Assembly: GCF_004010195.1 (NCBI RefSeq)
Contig: NC_057719.1
Span: 71,278,831-71,342,219, forward strand
Source: Chiloscyllium plagiosum
Taxonomy: Eukaryota
Direction: 5' to 3'
DNA: 63,389 nt
Shown: positions 26,331 to 39,109 of the stretch, piece by piece
Position numbering within the stretch: position 1 is the stretch's first letter
How the letters are laid out: the number at the start of each line of letters is the position of its first letter
Notes under the pieces: generated by a model
Database searches by the model: none
The model's input: only the letters and a program-made list of their open reading frames with translations
Told to the model about the DNA's origin: nothing
Program-made: the position numbers and the translations under genes

Positions 26331-27490
26331 TAATAAGGACCTTTAAAGAATTTTAGAGCAATTTGTGCCTTTTACACAGTGGCCTTTTAGGTACTGCAGT
26401 TTTTGAATGGCAACTTGATCCCACCATTCTAATCTGTTTAGTACAGTTTTTGTTCACTGTGATGAGTGGGCAAATATTTAGATGATTCAAATATCGGGGA
26501 AGCAAGATGTACTATAATTAAATACACCAGTTCAATACAGCAGGTGTTTGAAAGCTTGGCAGCATATTTATATAATGAAACATTTGAAAACAGGCAAGTT
26601 ATTATGCTGATTACAGCTTAATGGAATCTGCAGACACAAGGCACTTAATTTCCTTTGTAATTATCAGTCTGTTGTACTAAAAAATGTATCTGTATGTTAT
26701 AATGTTTGCTTCCAAGCAGTTTTCATACAACACACACAATTCACAATGTTTTGGTAGCAACTAATCTGTTGTTATGTTCACATCATCAGTTCTATGTGTT
26801 TTAAATATAATTGTGTAATTTTAATTCTGGTATTTTAGACATATAAAGCAGCGACTTACTGCTGTCACTTTTGTGATGAGCATTAATTTCTGTGTATCTG
26901 TGTTACATCATTCATTCTTTTGAAAACTTAGTTGTTTTGTGCCCCCACTACTTTTTTATACCTTGGGAAGACATTTACCTTTATATGGAACAGGCATAAG
27001 TTGTAATTTACTTGATAGATTTGTGATTTGCAACTTGCTATTAATTAACAACCTTAAGTGAATGTTATTCTAATGTTGCTGATATTGTGGATAAGTATGT
27101 CAAGTGATTGGTGGAGTAAAACATAGCTTGAAAATTTGTTGCCTTGTTATTACCAATGTTACTTACTTTAAGTCTGTAAAGCCAAAACAAAACTGCAGAA
27201 TTATCTTGTTGAAATAATCCATATTTGTTCAGCTATTTATTTAAAAAGTACATACAGTATGAATTTTATCCAACTCATCTGATTTCCTATTCACTTCAGT
27301 ATAATTTGGCACCCAGAGAGGTCAACTGAGACCATGACTCTTTCTTATTTGCTTTATTTCAACAATGAGGTTGTGGCCATCCTAAACAATAAATCTACAG
27401 CCACTAATACTGGGTCTATTTCCCTCCTTTGTGCCTCTTTTATCCTGCACCTGTGACAATTGCCCTGTGTTAGTGAAGGTAACAGAAGTC

Positions 27491-27510
27491 AGGTTAAAGG
27501 TCAAGGGACA
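27491..27510 (+). promoter_or_regulatory. Candidate DR1 array
   Basis: AGGTTA-A-AGGTCA-A-GGGACA; motif match only. Confidence 0.35.
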
Positions 27511-30500
27511 GGGCACTGTCAAGAGGAAGTTATTTTTTCAGGCCACTGACTTGGTTATCATCTTCTTCTAATGTGACATCCATCTGTCAATCAGGTACAT
27601 CAGGCAGCTCACCAGTGCTAACTGCTGTTTTTGTCACAAGGATACAACTGATTCACTGGGATACCTCTAAATATTTCAATATCACAAAAACGACTGACTG
27701 AAACATCTTAAGGTTTCTGGTACCGAAGGTTCAATGCTGGCATAAGTTATAATTACCTGAGGTTTATTTTTAAAATTGAGAACACTATTTCAAATATGTG
27801 CAAATATTCAATCAGAATCAAATACATACTTCAAAGAAAACAGTAAATTATCAGCTTTGCTAGAGTGAACAGTTAATTACAATGGAATTTAAAACTTAGT
27901 TTAGTTTTAAAAACTTTTCAAGGTTTTTTTGACCAGTTTCTTTCAAACGAGAATTTTCTCTTTGGGGCTGTAATGTGTGTCAGACGGTGTTTATGTACAT
28001 AAAATTGGTTTCAGGCTACTCAAATTCCTCTTTGAAAAATTATACTTCCTATCAACCATTAATCTGTTATCATAGTTTTGGATAAATAATATTATGAAAA
28101 AAGCATCCTATAGGTAAAATATCCTTATGAGTGTCAATCAGAATAATGCTGACTCCAACTTCCTTGTTCTCGTAAAATGTGGAAAACGTTGCTGTTTAGT
28201 GTTCTACAATACAGTGGATCTGCTCGACCACTTTTGAGTGTGCACATTGGTGTCAGTTATAGGAAGGTGCTTGTTGTAGATTGATTTTGAATTATCAAAC
28301 TGTCCAATGATAATTAGATGACATGTGTGTGCCTTTTACAATTTTAGGATTGATATGTATGCTGGATTTCTGAAGGTATGTAGGCTGAATACCATCCCCT
28401 ACTGCTATAAATAGGAGAGACCATTTAGTTTGGTGGCTAACTACATAATTTGCCTGTAACATATGGGCTGTGACTGTCTTTTAGAAGCTTTTAGAGGCAT
28501 CTTCTGGTTATGAAGCTCTTAACCATAATATAAAGATCTACTAAAATGGTCCCTTGAGAAAATGCCAATGTTAGGAGCTTTGGTTGCAGTTCTTAACAAT
28601 CTGAATCTTAAAACCAGCCTGGCCACTCCAGGAACAGATTAAGGTGGTGAGTGAGAATGAATTGAATAGAGAAAAAAATAAGTGCCTTATGTGAAGAAAA
28701 TTACTTAGCTACTTAAGCGCAGAATAATATTAAAACCTGCTGTTTTGTTCTTTAAACATTTGACCTTGTTTCATCAGGCCATTGAACACAATAGGTAGTT
28801 AATTCTAATTATTTAATTGGACATAAGAAAAAAAATGAATAGGTACAAGTCAGATGCGTATGTTTTACGCGTGGCGGGGAAGGTAGATATATTGCAGGTA
28901 AATCATCAAGGGATACACTGAGCGTCTGAGCCAGCTGGCATGCTCCTTCCATTGTGTCAGTGATAGTAATACATGTTGTATTAGGACTGTGTTCAGACAG
29001 TCTGTTGCACAGCTGTTCCTATTTTGAAACAAACAGGCTTGTGTTGGGAAATCCAGTCTGTCACTAGTATAAAGTGAATTTTATTCAGACAGGAAAGGAG
29101 TGTCTGTTCTTTCAGACAAACATCAAGCATGTAAGGTTGATAATCACAGCTTCAGTTAATAATAATTCATAATTACATGTGTAATGCTTTTTACTGCAGT
29201 TTTGCCATCTGCCGCGAAGGAAGGTAAAAACCCAAAAAGCAAAGTTGCAATGAAATGAAGATTAAAGTCTGCAGGCTTTTGTACATTGATTTGAATATGT
29301 GGCAAGGATTTGTCAACACTTGAGTGCTTTAGACACTGGTACTCTTAGTATTGAGCAATTCTTTTCCTCTTGGAATTATCTTTAATCTAAAGTCATATAT
29401 AGTGGCAATAGACAAGCAAAAATGAATATACTGGGACTAGATATTCAACAATATTAAATCAAGACAATTATTTTACATCATTTTCTATATGTTGGATTAG
29501 TCAATAGACCATGGTGTGATATCCAGAAATAAATTACTACACCTGTAAAGTACACCCTTTAAGCTGGAGTAGCACAATTTTGTATTAAATAAAATTCTCT
29601 AGAGGCAGTGAAATTTCCTCTGTGAAGCAATGAATAAAAATAATTTGCCACAGCAAACCAGTTGTGATAACTGTACATCATCTGTATGGAGTGTTTCACT
29701 AAAATGCATGTAGTCGTCACAACAGTTCAACTGGACAACACTGGACAAGTATCCCAGCTTTTCAATGCTAAGTTCACTTCAGTATTTAATTAGAAAGCCT
29801 TATAAGTATGAAATGTAGGTCTTTATTATGTCAGTACTCAGTTAAGAAAAATAGTGCTAACTGCAACATATTTTGTTATTGTTGAAAGTGGAACTAATAA
29901 AGGTGAGTGTCTGTCCTTAAATTGATGCATATTTAATTGACTTCCATTAAAAGGAGTAAACCGTTTACCTATCATTGTAAAGAGAATTTTCTATTTTAAT
30001 AGCTACACATCTGAAATAAATTTACACGTAAAGTGACAACAATGTTTTGTAAAGAATAACATATCCCATGCATCATATTCAACAATGGCCTTTTCTAACA
30101 ATTGACCCTTTTCAGTGGTATTAGGTTTATTTGCATCTCAGGCTAGTTAAGTTCAAGATTGAATGGTGACAAATAATGTGGTTGAAGTAGCCATTTCCTT
30201 TTCCAATGTTATTTTTAAAAATCACATGGAGCTTCAGCAAGCAGGAAACTGCATGAATCTTTGAGTGTATTACTGTCAATTTTCAGACACTTTTAACTGA
30301 TTTTAGATATGCCTGAGCAGAATTAAAACACATCCATAGATCATGTGACTATTGAGTAAACGTATACTTCTCTATAATGTGAAGTATTTATCTAAAAGGG
30401 AAAGTAGGATTACATATTTTTAATTCCATTTCATGCGAAAACTGCGACTATTATGAAATCCTTTGGACCGTGACAACGAGGATTCCATCCTGTTGTGGAT

Positions 30501-31375
30501 ATTAGTTCACTCTGCAAGATTTATTAGTTTGATCATGTAAGTGGAAGGACTCTGAAGAAGAATGTGGTCTGAGATAAACATCTGCATCAATGGTTCATTA
30601 AGCATTAAGTTGACAATATGTGACATTGCAATTGATCACTGTTATTTCCTTGCTGCACAAAATAGAAATTTAAATCCTTGTCTAGAGAAAGATTATACAT
30701 GGAAAATGCCTTTTGTGACCACAGAGTCCTTTAGAGCAACAGAATGGTCAAATAAATAAAAATGCTTAACTTAGCTCAATTTGTATTAGAAGACACCTTA
30801 TCCTCAAATTTCAATATCTGCACACAAAAAAAAGTTTCTCCTGAATTCCTCTGTCAATTTTTAAGCAATCATAGGACTGTTTATAAGACAAATTGAAGTG
30901 AATGGTTTTGTCTCAATAAAACCATAGAATGAAACAAATGTATGTGAGTAAATAGATGATGTTTCCTAAGTGAATTACAAATGCTTTCATCTGCATTCAA
31001 TGAAAATTAGCATTTACAGATGGTGAAATTCAGAATTGGAAAGGACTTAGTAACAGGGAAATACAGTCACTTATTTATCCATGTGCTACCCTGGAAAACT
31101 CTCAACTTGAACTTTGAAGAATTGATCTATTCAGAAATTTTACAGTATCAAACAATTGCTCAACAATTATCTTTCGCACAAATAGGGTAGGTCTGAGCTG
31201 TATGAAGCTACAAATGGGAAAAAAAAAATGTGCGTTATTTAGCAGCAATCAATGTTAATTATTTGCAGTTCATGTATGCAAACAACTGACAGCTGATTTC
31301 TTTACCTGAGTTGAGGATTTATTATTGGCAGGATTTGTGCAGGTGAGAGAAGAGAGCAGGGTTCTTGAGAATTAT

Positions 31376-31601
31376 GGGTTGAGAGTATAGTGCTGGAAAA
31401 GCACAACAGGTCAGGCAGCATCTGAGGAGCAGGAGAATCGATGTTTCGGGCATAAGCCCTTCATCAGGAAACAGTTCCTGATGAAGGACTTATGCCCGAA
31501 AATTTGATTCTTTTGCTCCTCAGATGCTGCCTGACCTGCTGTGCTTTTCCAGCACTACACTCTTGACTCTGAGGTCCAGCATCTGCAGTCCTCACTTTCT
31601 C
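31376..31601. mobile_element. Inverted-repeat Penelope pLTR-derived element with 12-bp TSD
   Basis: ~90-bp inverted arms centred near 31472; TSD CTTGAGAATTAT at 31364-31375 and 31602-31613. Confidence 0.9.
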
Positions 31602-33074
31602 CTTGAGAATTATTAAAACTATATGTAACTGATATTGACCTCAATGTTAAAATGTTAAATATGCCGAATTTAATAGATAATGTGATTGTCACATCATTTG
31701 TCACAGGTCTGGACCTTTAGTGACGGTGTTTGTGTGGGCAGAATTTAATTATAGGTAACCATGGGGACTACAACTTAATGTAGATTAAGTCATATTTTGA
31801 TTGCTTGGTTCCTTAGTGATTATTAGTCATAACACACCAAGCTATTGAAATTAATGAGTTTCACATTTGTAAGATAGTCACCAATTACACTGCAGTTATT
31901 TTGTTTTACCTCACATTTTAAATTTGTTATTCTTAAATATTATATCCTAGAAATGACAATTTGTGATATGAGACTTTGAAAATTCTACAAGCTTGTTTGG
32001 TGTTTTTTTTTGTCCATTTTTAAAATGGTGTTAACTCCTATTCCTCCAATTTGGTGTAAATAACACAGAGAGGTATATCATAAGAACGTGCTAAGTACTC
32101 ATATGATAATATCACAATCAGTAATTTTCAGGCCCTTTTGTTTTAGAAAACACCAAACGTGATATAGTCAGCTCATGAAGGAGTTTGTAAGCTTGTGTTT
32201 ACATTTATACAATATGTTTCTGAATATTTGTTGATTTATGCATAACTTTATTGTGCTTTAATTTCTAAGAATCAGAATTCACCTTAGATACTGATATCTA
32301 TTGGAAAATGGCAATCTTTGCTGTTCATATCAAGTAAGGCAGTTTTATTACATCATTTTCTGACTTGGAATTAAACTCTTACTTTGAAGGTAGCACATCT
32401 AAATAGATATTAATGTTCTACCTTTTGTACAGATTAAGGAAACTGAAATGGTCTGCTACTGCATGACCATGTGATAGTATGACTGGGTCTGTGACATTGG
32501 AAGACATTGCTTTACTGCCTGTGCATTTATCTTGTCAAAGGAGGAGCAGAAAGTGAAAGTAATGCAACAATGGTGAAGAAAATACTAACCTCAAGTCTTG
32601 TATCTGAAAAGATGAAATGGCTAAGTTATCTCTTGTGTGAGAACAACAGTAGCTGAGGTTATCTGTACAAAGAGATAATGGTTGAAAATCGATCATGCCC
32701 AGACTAGGGCAAGATCTGGGAGTAAAGCATGCTGCATGTGTCCAGTTAGACAGACAGCAGATTTGGACACTGGGTGTTGCCCAAAAGTGTACATTGGAAG
32801 GGGGCTAATAGCCATCACTTCGAAGGCGCTAAACCCTTATTCTGACACTGTGAACTATAGATCTAAACTCGCAGCCACAGGGCAAAAGAGAGTGTCTTCT
32901 CACATCTACATGATTGAGAGTTCCAAGAATATTTTATGTTTCAATGTGATTACCACTCATTCACGTGGAAGAAAATATGGACACAGTCTATTCAGTCTCT
33001 TCAGTATCCCCATGCTGAGCATCTATTCAATGATCCTTCATTATACACATTCTAAAGCAAGTATATCTTTCCTT

Positions 33075-34230
33075 AAGTGGAGTAGAGTGGGGGTGAGGCC
33101 TCTTCGGTCATGGCTGACCATGGGTTGCATCTTCCTTGTTCCCTGATTTCCTTTCTGCTTCCCTGAAGCAACCTCACTTGTGGCTGAAGAGACCAATACT
33201 GGAGTGACAGTCCCAGTTGCAGAGGTCACATCTGTATATGGTTGTTGATCTGCGAGAGCTGCTGCACTCCTTCCTTCATGCCCGCTTGTCTGCTACAGTG
33301 CTCATCAACTTCTTTCCCCGTGTTTTGAGGTGTTGGTTCAGGGTGCTCCTCCATCTCGAGTGGTCAGCTGCAAGCCTTTCCCAGAACTCTGTAACAATAA
33401 CAAGCACCTTCATGTCCCTCATGCAGATGTCCTTATAGTGCAGCTGGGAATGCCCAGTGGGTCTCTTCCCAGATGCAAGCTGTCCATAGAGGATATCCTT
33501 TGGGGTGCGGCCATCCTCCATGTGGTGGGCGTGGCCCAGCCAGTGCAGTCTTTGCTGCCTGAGCAGAGTGTTCATCCTGGGAAGGCCAACGCGTGATAGA
33601 ACCGCTGTGTTGGACATTCTGTCTTGCTAGGACATGCCTAGGAAATAGCAAATGCACCTCAAGTGGAAGATGTTCAGTCTTCTCTCCTATCTGGCATATG
33701 TCGTCCATGTTTCACTGCCATACAGCAATGTGCTTATGACGCAGGCTTCGTCGACTGACATTTTTGTCTTCACTGTCAGTTTGGGATTTGACCATACTCG
33801 AGTCGTGAGGCGAGCAAGAGTTGAGACTGCTTTCCCAATCCTCTTGTCGATCTGTGTGTCCAAGGAGAGGTTGTCAGTGCTGGTAGAGCCAAGGTATGTA
33901 AACTGATGGATGACATTGAGTTCATAGTCATCGATGGTGATGACCGATGGTGCATCTCTGTCCTGTTCCAGGATGCTTGTCTTCTTCAGACTGAGAGTCA
34001 GCCCGAAATCCTTGCAAGCGTGAGAGTGGTGGTCAATCAGTAACTGGAGTTCCTGCTGAATGCGTGTTGCAATTACAGCATCATCAGCAAACAGTATGCC
34101 CCTGATGAGTGCCACGTGTATTTTTGTCTTGGCTCTGAGGCAGGCCAAGTTAAAGTGCCTGCCATCTGATCTAGTGCGTAGGTAAATCCTGTCTGGTGCT
34201 AAAGGCATGTTTCAGGAGCACAGCGAAAAA
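33075..34230 (-). mobile_element. RTE-clade LINE, 5'-truncated RT/C-terminal region
   Basis: IYLRTRSDGRHFNLACLRAKTK...LFADDA...FTYLGS...TLLYGSETWTTY; RLHWLGHAHHMEDGRTPKDILYGQL. Confidence 0.95.
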
Positions 34231-34379
34231 AAAAGTAAGGAAATGTAGACAACGTTTAAGATGTAGTCACAGGTAGGGTCAGGGAGAGAAATCATGAACA
34301 CTAGTGCTTCTTCTCATGTGTCCAGGCCACTTATCTCGCACTCCAGTTTTTATCAAGCATCTGTACAGTACATTTTGAG

Positions 34380-34745
34380 TCCGATAGAATTGTACAGCAC
34401 AGAAGGAGGCCATTCAATCTATCAATTCTGTGGTGATTGTTTCAAAGACAGATCTAGTCAGTCCAACAACTGACCTCATCACAATTATATTCTTCTGATA
34501 GTGGGCCATCAGCAAATTTGAAAGCACGTTTTCTGTAGTTTCATTGAAGTCATTTATATAAACTCTAAATAGGTGAGGTCCCATCACTGAGTTCTGTGGT
34601 ACCTCATTCATCACACAATGCCAACCTGATAAAGATCCTATTGTGCCTACTCTCTGCTTCCTGTTAGCCAGCAAAATTTCTGCCCATGCCAATATACTAC
34701 CGTGTACACCATAGGGGGGCTTTCATTTTCCACATTAACCTTTTG
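34380..34745 (-). mobile_element. Rearranged CR1 fragments
   Basis: NRKQRVG..GSLSGW..V..EVPQNSVMGPHLF.VYIND; tail-like GTACAGCACAGAAGGAGGCCATTC. Confidence 0.7.
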
Positions 34746-34984
34746 ATGGACAGATAAAGTCGCCACAATCTTACCAGACCATAGGGCTGCTCTCTCATTA
34801 GAGACATATGGTGGTGATTTAATCTCTGGGTCACCAAGCCTCAGGCAAGGGGAGAGATTGAGAAGGAGAGTTCTCTGTGCTAACCTCAGCCAATGCAGGA
34901 GTTGAATGAATGAATTATTTCAAATGAATGAATGATTTAATTGTCACATAGAGTCATACTGATGTACAGCACAGAGACAGACAG

Positions 34985-35330
34985 TCAGTGACAAAGATTG
35001 ATTTCACACCTGACTTGACATTTATGATTCCCCTGGCCCCATCCCTCAGAAGTTTTGCCAACACTATCTCGTACATGCATCCTGCTATCTAAGAGACTCC
35101 TCACACTAATGTTATTTGAAAAGATTAACATGGGACTTGAGATGCTGCACTGGCAGAGTCTGTAATGAGTCACTGACTCCCTGCACCTATTAACAATCTT
35201 GTTACCCTGATAAAACATACTCCATCCTCCAGCTTCTCTCTTGGTGAAAGAGGAGACAGTGAGGGCCCCTGTAAGCAGTGTCTCTTTTACCTCCCTGATG
35301 CACACAGAACTGTGATGTTGACAGTAAAAC
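34985..35330 (-). mobile_element. Decayed L1/Tx1-like ORF2 C-terminus (zf-RVT region)
   Basis: GALTVSSF...RCRESVTHYRLCQC...EGW....CQV resembles the Tx1 ALPV..F / C..ET..H...C / W...C.V pattern. Confidence 0.4.
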
Positions 35331-35512
35331 CTGTCGAGGAGAATCCTACAATGAAAGTATCCGACAATGGAAAGGATCCAGCAACATAGTAATTAAATAA
35401 TTGAGGGTCCTGGTAATTTTCACAGTCACTGGTTGTGCCATCCCTCCATGCTGCAGCTGCTGGTCTGGTTGGAGGAGGTGGCAAAGATCAGTGAAGTATT
35501 TTCTGGTTTTGA

Positions 35513-37520
35513 CATAGAATCACAGAGATGTACAGTATGGAAACAGACCCTTCAGTCCAACCCGTCCATGCCGACCAGTTATGCTAACCTAATCTAGTCC
35601 CATTTGCCAGCCCTTGGCCCATATCCCTCTCAACTCCTCATTTACCCATCCAGATGCCTTATAAATGTTAGAATTATACCAGCCTCCACCACTTCCTCTG
35701 GCAGCTTATTCTTAACGTGTACCACCCTCTGTGTGAAAAAGTTGCCCCTGAGGTCCCTTTTAAATGTTTCCTTCCTCTCCCTAAAGCTATGCCCTCTAGT
35801 TCTGGACTCCCCCACCCAGGGAAAAGATCTTGTCTATTTACCCCATCCATGCCCCTCATGATTTTATAAACCTCTATGAGGTCTCCCCTCAGCCTCCACT
35901 GCTCCAGGGAAAACCGCCTCAGCCTATTCAGCCTCTCCCTATAGTTCAAACCTCCAATCCTAGCAACATCCTTGCAAATCTTTTCTGAACCTTTTCAAGT
36001 TTCACAACATCTTTCCGATAGGAAGGAGGCCAGAATTGCACACAATATTCCAAAAGTGGCCTAACCAATGACCTGTATAGACGCAATATGACCTCCCAAC
36101 TCCTGTACTCAATACTCTGACCAATAAAGGAAAATATACTGAAGCCTTCTTCACTATCCTATCTACCAGAGACTCCATTTTCAAGGAACTATAAACCTGC
36201 ACTACAAGTTATTTTTGTTCAACAACACTCCCCATGACCTTACCATTATGTGTTTAAGTCCTGCCCTGCTTTGCGTTTCCAAAATGCAGCACCCCGTATT
36301 TATCTAAATTAAACTCCATCTGCCACTCCTTGGCCCATTAGCCCATCTGATCAAAATCCCATTGTACTCTGAGATAACCTTCTTCACTGTCCACTACACC
36401 TCCAATTTTGGTGTCATCTGCAAACTTACTAACTATACCTCCTATGTTCACATCCAAATAATTTATATAAATGACAAAAAGCTGTGGACCCAGCACCGAT
36501 CCTTGCGGCACTCCACTGGTCACAGGCCTCCAGTTTGACAAGCAACCCTCTACCACCACCCTCTGTCTTCTACCTTTGAGACAGTTCTGTATCCAAATGG
36601 CTAGTTCTCCCTGTACTCCATGTGATATAACCTTGCTAACCAGTCTACCATGAGAAACTTTGTTGAAGGCCTTACTGAAGTCCATATAGATCACGTCCAC
36701 CACTCTGCCCTCTTCAATCCTCTTCATTACTTCTTCAAAAAAACTCTATCAAGTTAGTGAGACATGATTTCCTATGCACAAGGCCATGCTGACTATCTCT
36801 AATCAGTCTTGCCATTCCAAATACATGTAAATCCTGTCCCTCAGGATGCCCTCCAACAACTTGCCCACCACTGACCTCAGGCTCATTGGTCTATAGTTCC
36901 CTAGCTTTTCCTTACCACCTTTCTTAAACAGTGGCAACCTTCAGTCTTCTGGCACCTCACCTGTGACTATCTCAGCAAGGGGCCCAGCAATCATTTCCCT
37001 AGCTTCCCACAGAGTTCTAGGCTACACCTGATCAGGTCCTGGAGATTTATCCACCTTTATTTATTTTAAGAAATCCTGCATCCCCTCCTCTGTAATATGG
37101 ACATTTTTGAAGATTTCACCATCTATTTCTCCACATTCTATATCTTCCATGACCTTCTCCACAGTAAGCATTGATGCAAAAGACTAATTTAGTATTGCTC
37201 CCATCTCCTGCGATTCCTCACAAAGGCCGCCTTGCTGATCTTTGAGGGGCCCTATTCTCTCCCGAGTTACCCTTTTGTCCTTAATGTATTTGTAAAATCC
37301 CTTTGGATTCTCCTTAACCCTATTTGCCAAAGCTATCTCATGTCCCCTTTTTGCCATCCTGATTTCCCTTTTAAGCATACTCCTGCTGCCTTTGTATTCT
37401 TCAAAGGACTCACTCGATCTCACCTGTCTATACCTGACATGTGCTACCTTCTTCTTCTTAACCAAAGCCTCAATTTCTCTAGTCGTCCAGCATTCCCTAC
37501 ACTTACCAGCCTTGCCCCAT
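35513..37520 (-). mobile_element. CR1 LINE, ~2 kb 5'-truncated copy
   Basis: NRVKENPKGFYKYIK, VIYMDFSKAFNKV, SGVPQGSVLGP, SKFADDTKIGG, RLRGDLIEVYKIM; 3' tail near 35513. Confidence 0.95.
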
Positions 37521-37787
37521 ATATCTTGAAGATATAAGTGTTTTGTCACCACAATCCAGTGCCATTTGGTGTAGCAAAAAGAATAAAAAGAAATTACTTA
37601 AATAAGAGTTCATCTTCTGTTTTGATTGGGTCTCAAGCACAGCTTCAGAACTTATGAAGTTCATATAATATACTTGTGCAAAATTAAGAAAATAAACTGT
37701 ATATTTTATTTTTTCAAATGTGAAACCGCAATGTTGGCATCATTCTCCATCACAAGCCAGCCATCCAGCCAACTGAGGTAAACAAGT

Positions 37788-38043
37788 TCTGTGATGGAGT
37801 TTGCACATTCTCCCCATGTCTGCGTGGGTTTCCTCCAGGTGCTCCGGTTTCCTCCCACAGTCCAAAGACGTGCAGACCCAGTCAATTGGCCATGCTCAAT
37901 TGCCCATAGTGTTAGGTGCATTAGTCAAGGGTAAATGTAGGGGAATGGGTCTGGGTGGGTTACTCTTGGATGGGCAATGTGAACTTGTTGGGCCAAATGG
38001 CCTATTTCCCCACTGTAGGGAAGCTAATCTAATATAAATCTAA
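37788..38043 (+). mobile_element. HE1 SINE lacking its head
   Basis: GGAGTTTGCACATTCTCCCCATGTCTGCGTGGGTTTCCTCCAGGTGCTCCGGTTTCCTCCCACAGTCC...CACTGTAGGGAAGCTAATCTAA. Confidence 0.9.
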
Positions 38044-38669
38044 ACAAGTCCTTGGATTGGATATGGAGCAGTGCTCCTGAGAACGTGAGAAGTGTTGAGA
38101 TAAAATCCTGTTACTTGAAGAAAAAGCTCATTGAAGCTCAGATGTATAATAAGAAGCTATCAGATTTCCCTGGTCAGGAGTTGAAGTCAAAATGTCATTG
38201 AGATATTAGAAGAAGGATCCCTAGCGTGAGCACTGTACAAGGGATTTTTATTTTGTATTTGAAAAGGAGTGTTTTGGGATTAATGCAAATCATAGTCTAA
38301 CTGTGTCTTCAAAGCTCTTTTAATTTGTGTTAACATAAATACTTTGGTTTATTCCATTTTACCTTCAGTTCTTTTGGTTAATAATTGTCTGTTTTATTGT
38401 TTAAACAGATTTATATGCAACATAGCATGTGTGTGTTTTTGTGAGAGATCACCTTTTTAAAACCAAACCAAAACAAAATATGATCTAAGAAAGCAGCTTT
38501 CAGGCTGGGATCTGACTGGTTCAGTAATAGCACCAGCTGGAATCAAAACAACTCTTACACATAAATCCCAGTATAATAAACTTAACATCCTATTTGCTTT
38601 CAAATTGCTTACTGTAGCTGCTTCTAAACTTTCTATGATTTGTAAACAAGGATGCTAAACCAAATCCCC

Positions 38670-38950
38670 ACCTGCCCTCTCAAGTGTGCTTAAAAGATCC
38701 CATGGTACTTTCTCACAGAAAAACTTGGAAGTTCTCCATGTGCCTCGGCCAGTGTTTATCCCTCAATCAACATCACACAAACAGATTATCTGATAATTAT
38801 CACACTGCTCTTTATGGGCTATTTCCATGTTCAGATTCATTGCTGCAATTTCTACATCAAAACACTGACTATACTTCAAACATATTTCATCAGCTGCAAT
38901 GTACTTGATGTCTCTTGATGTGAAATATAAATGCAAGTATTCATTTTCTT
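38670..38950 (+). mobile_element. Deu-domain SINE body with L2-type tail
   Basis: AAAAGATCCCATGG...TTTATCCCTCAATCAACATCAC...CAGATTATCTG...TTATCACACTGCT...ATAAATGCAAGT. Confidence 0.7.
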
Positions 38951-39109
38951 TAGCAACAATTTCTCCAGAAGCTGGTGTGTTTCAGTGTAGTCAATTATAA
39001 GTCAACATTTGTTGTTTGCTACCAGATAAGAACAGGTACGCACAGAAGTGAATACTAAATAATTATGCTCTACCATGTCACCAATTCAACTCTTCCACCT
39101 TTGCTGTAT

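Larger units (their letters stand above)
34750..37787 (-). mobile_element. tRNA-derived SINE split in two (head 37720-37787, body 34750-34905) by nested insertions
   Basis: Minus-strand head CTCAGTTGGCTGGATGGCTGGCTTGTGATGGAGAATGATGCCAACATTGCGGTTTCA; body starts TTCAACTCCTGCATTGGCTGAGGTT. Confidence 0.55.

Noticed and set aside
38200..38550. Possible solo LTR ending ...CAGCTGGAATCAAAACA
   Set aside because: No 5' boundary, TSD or partner LTR could be identified
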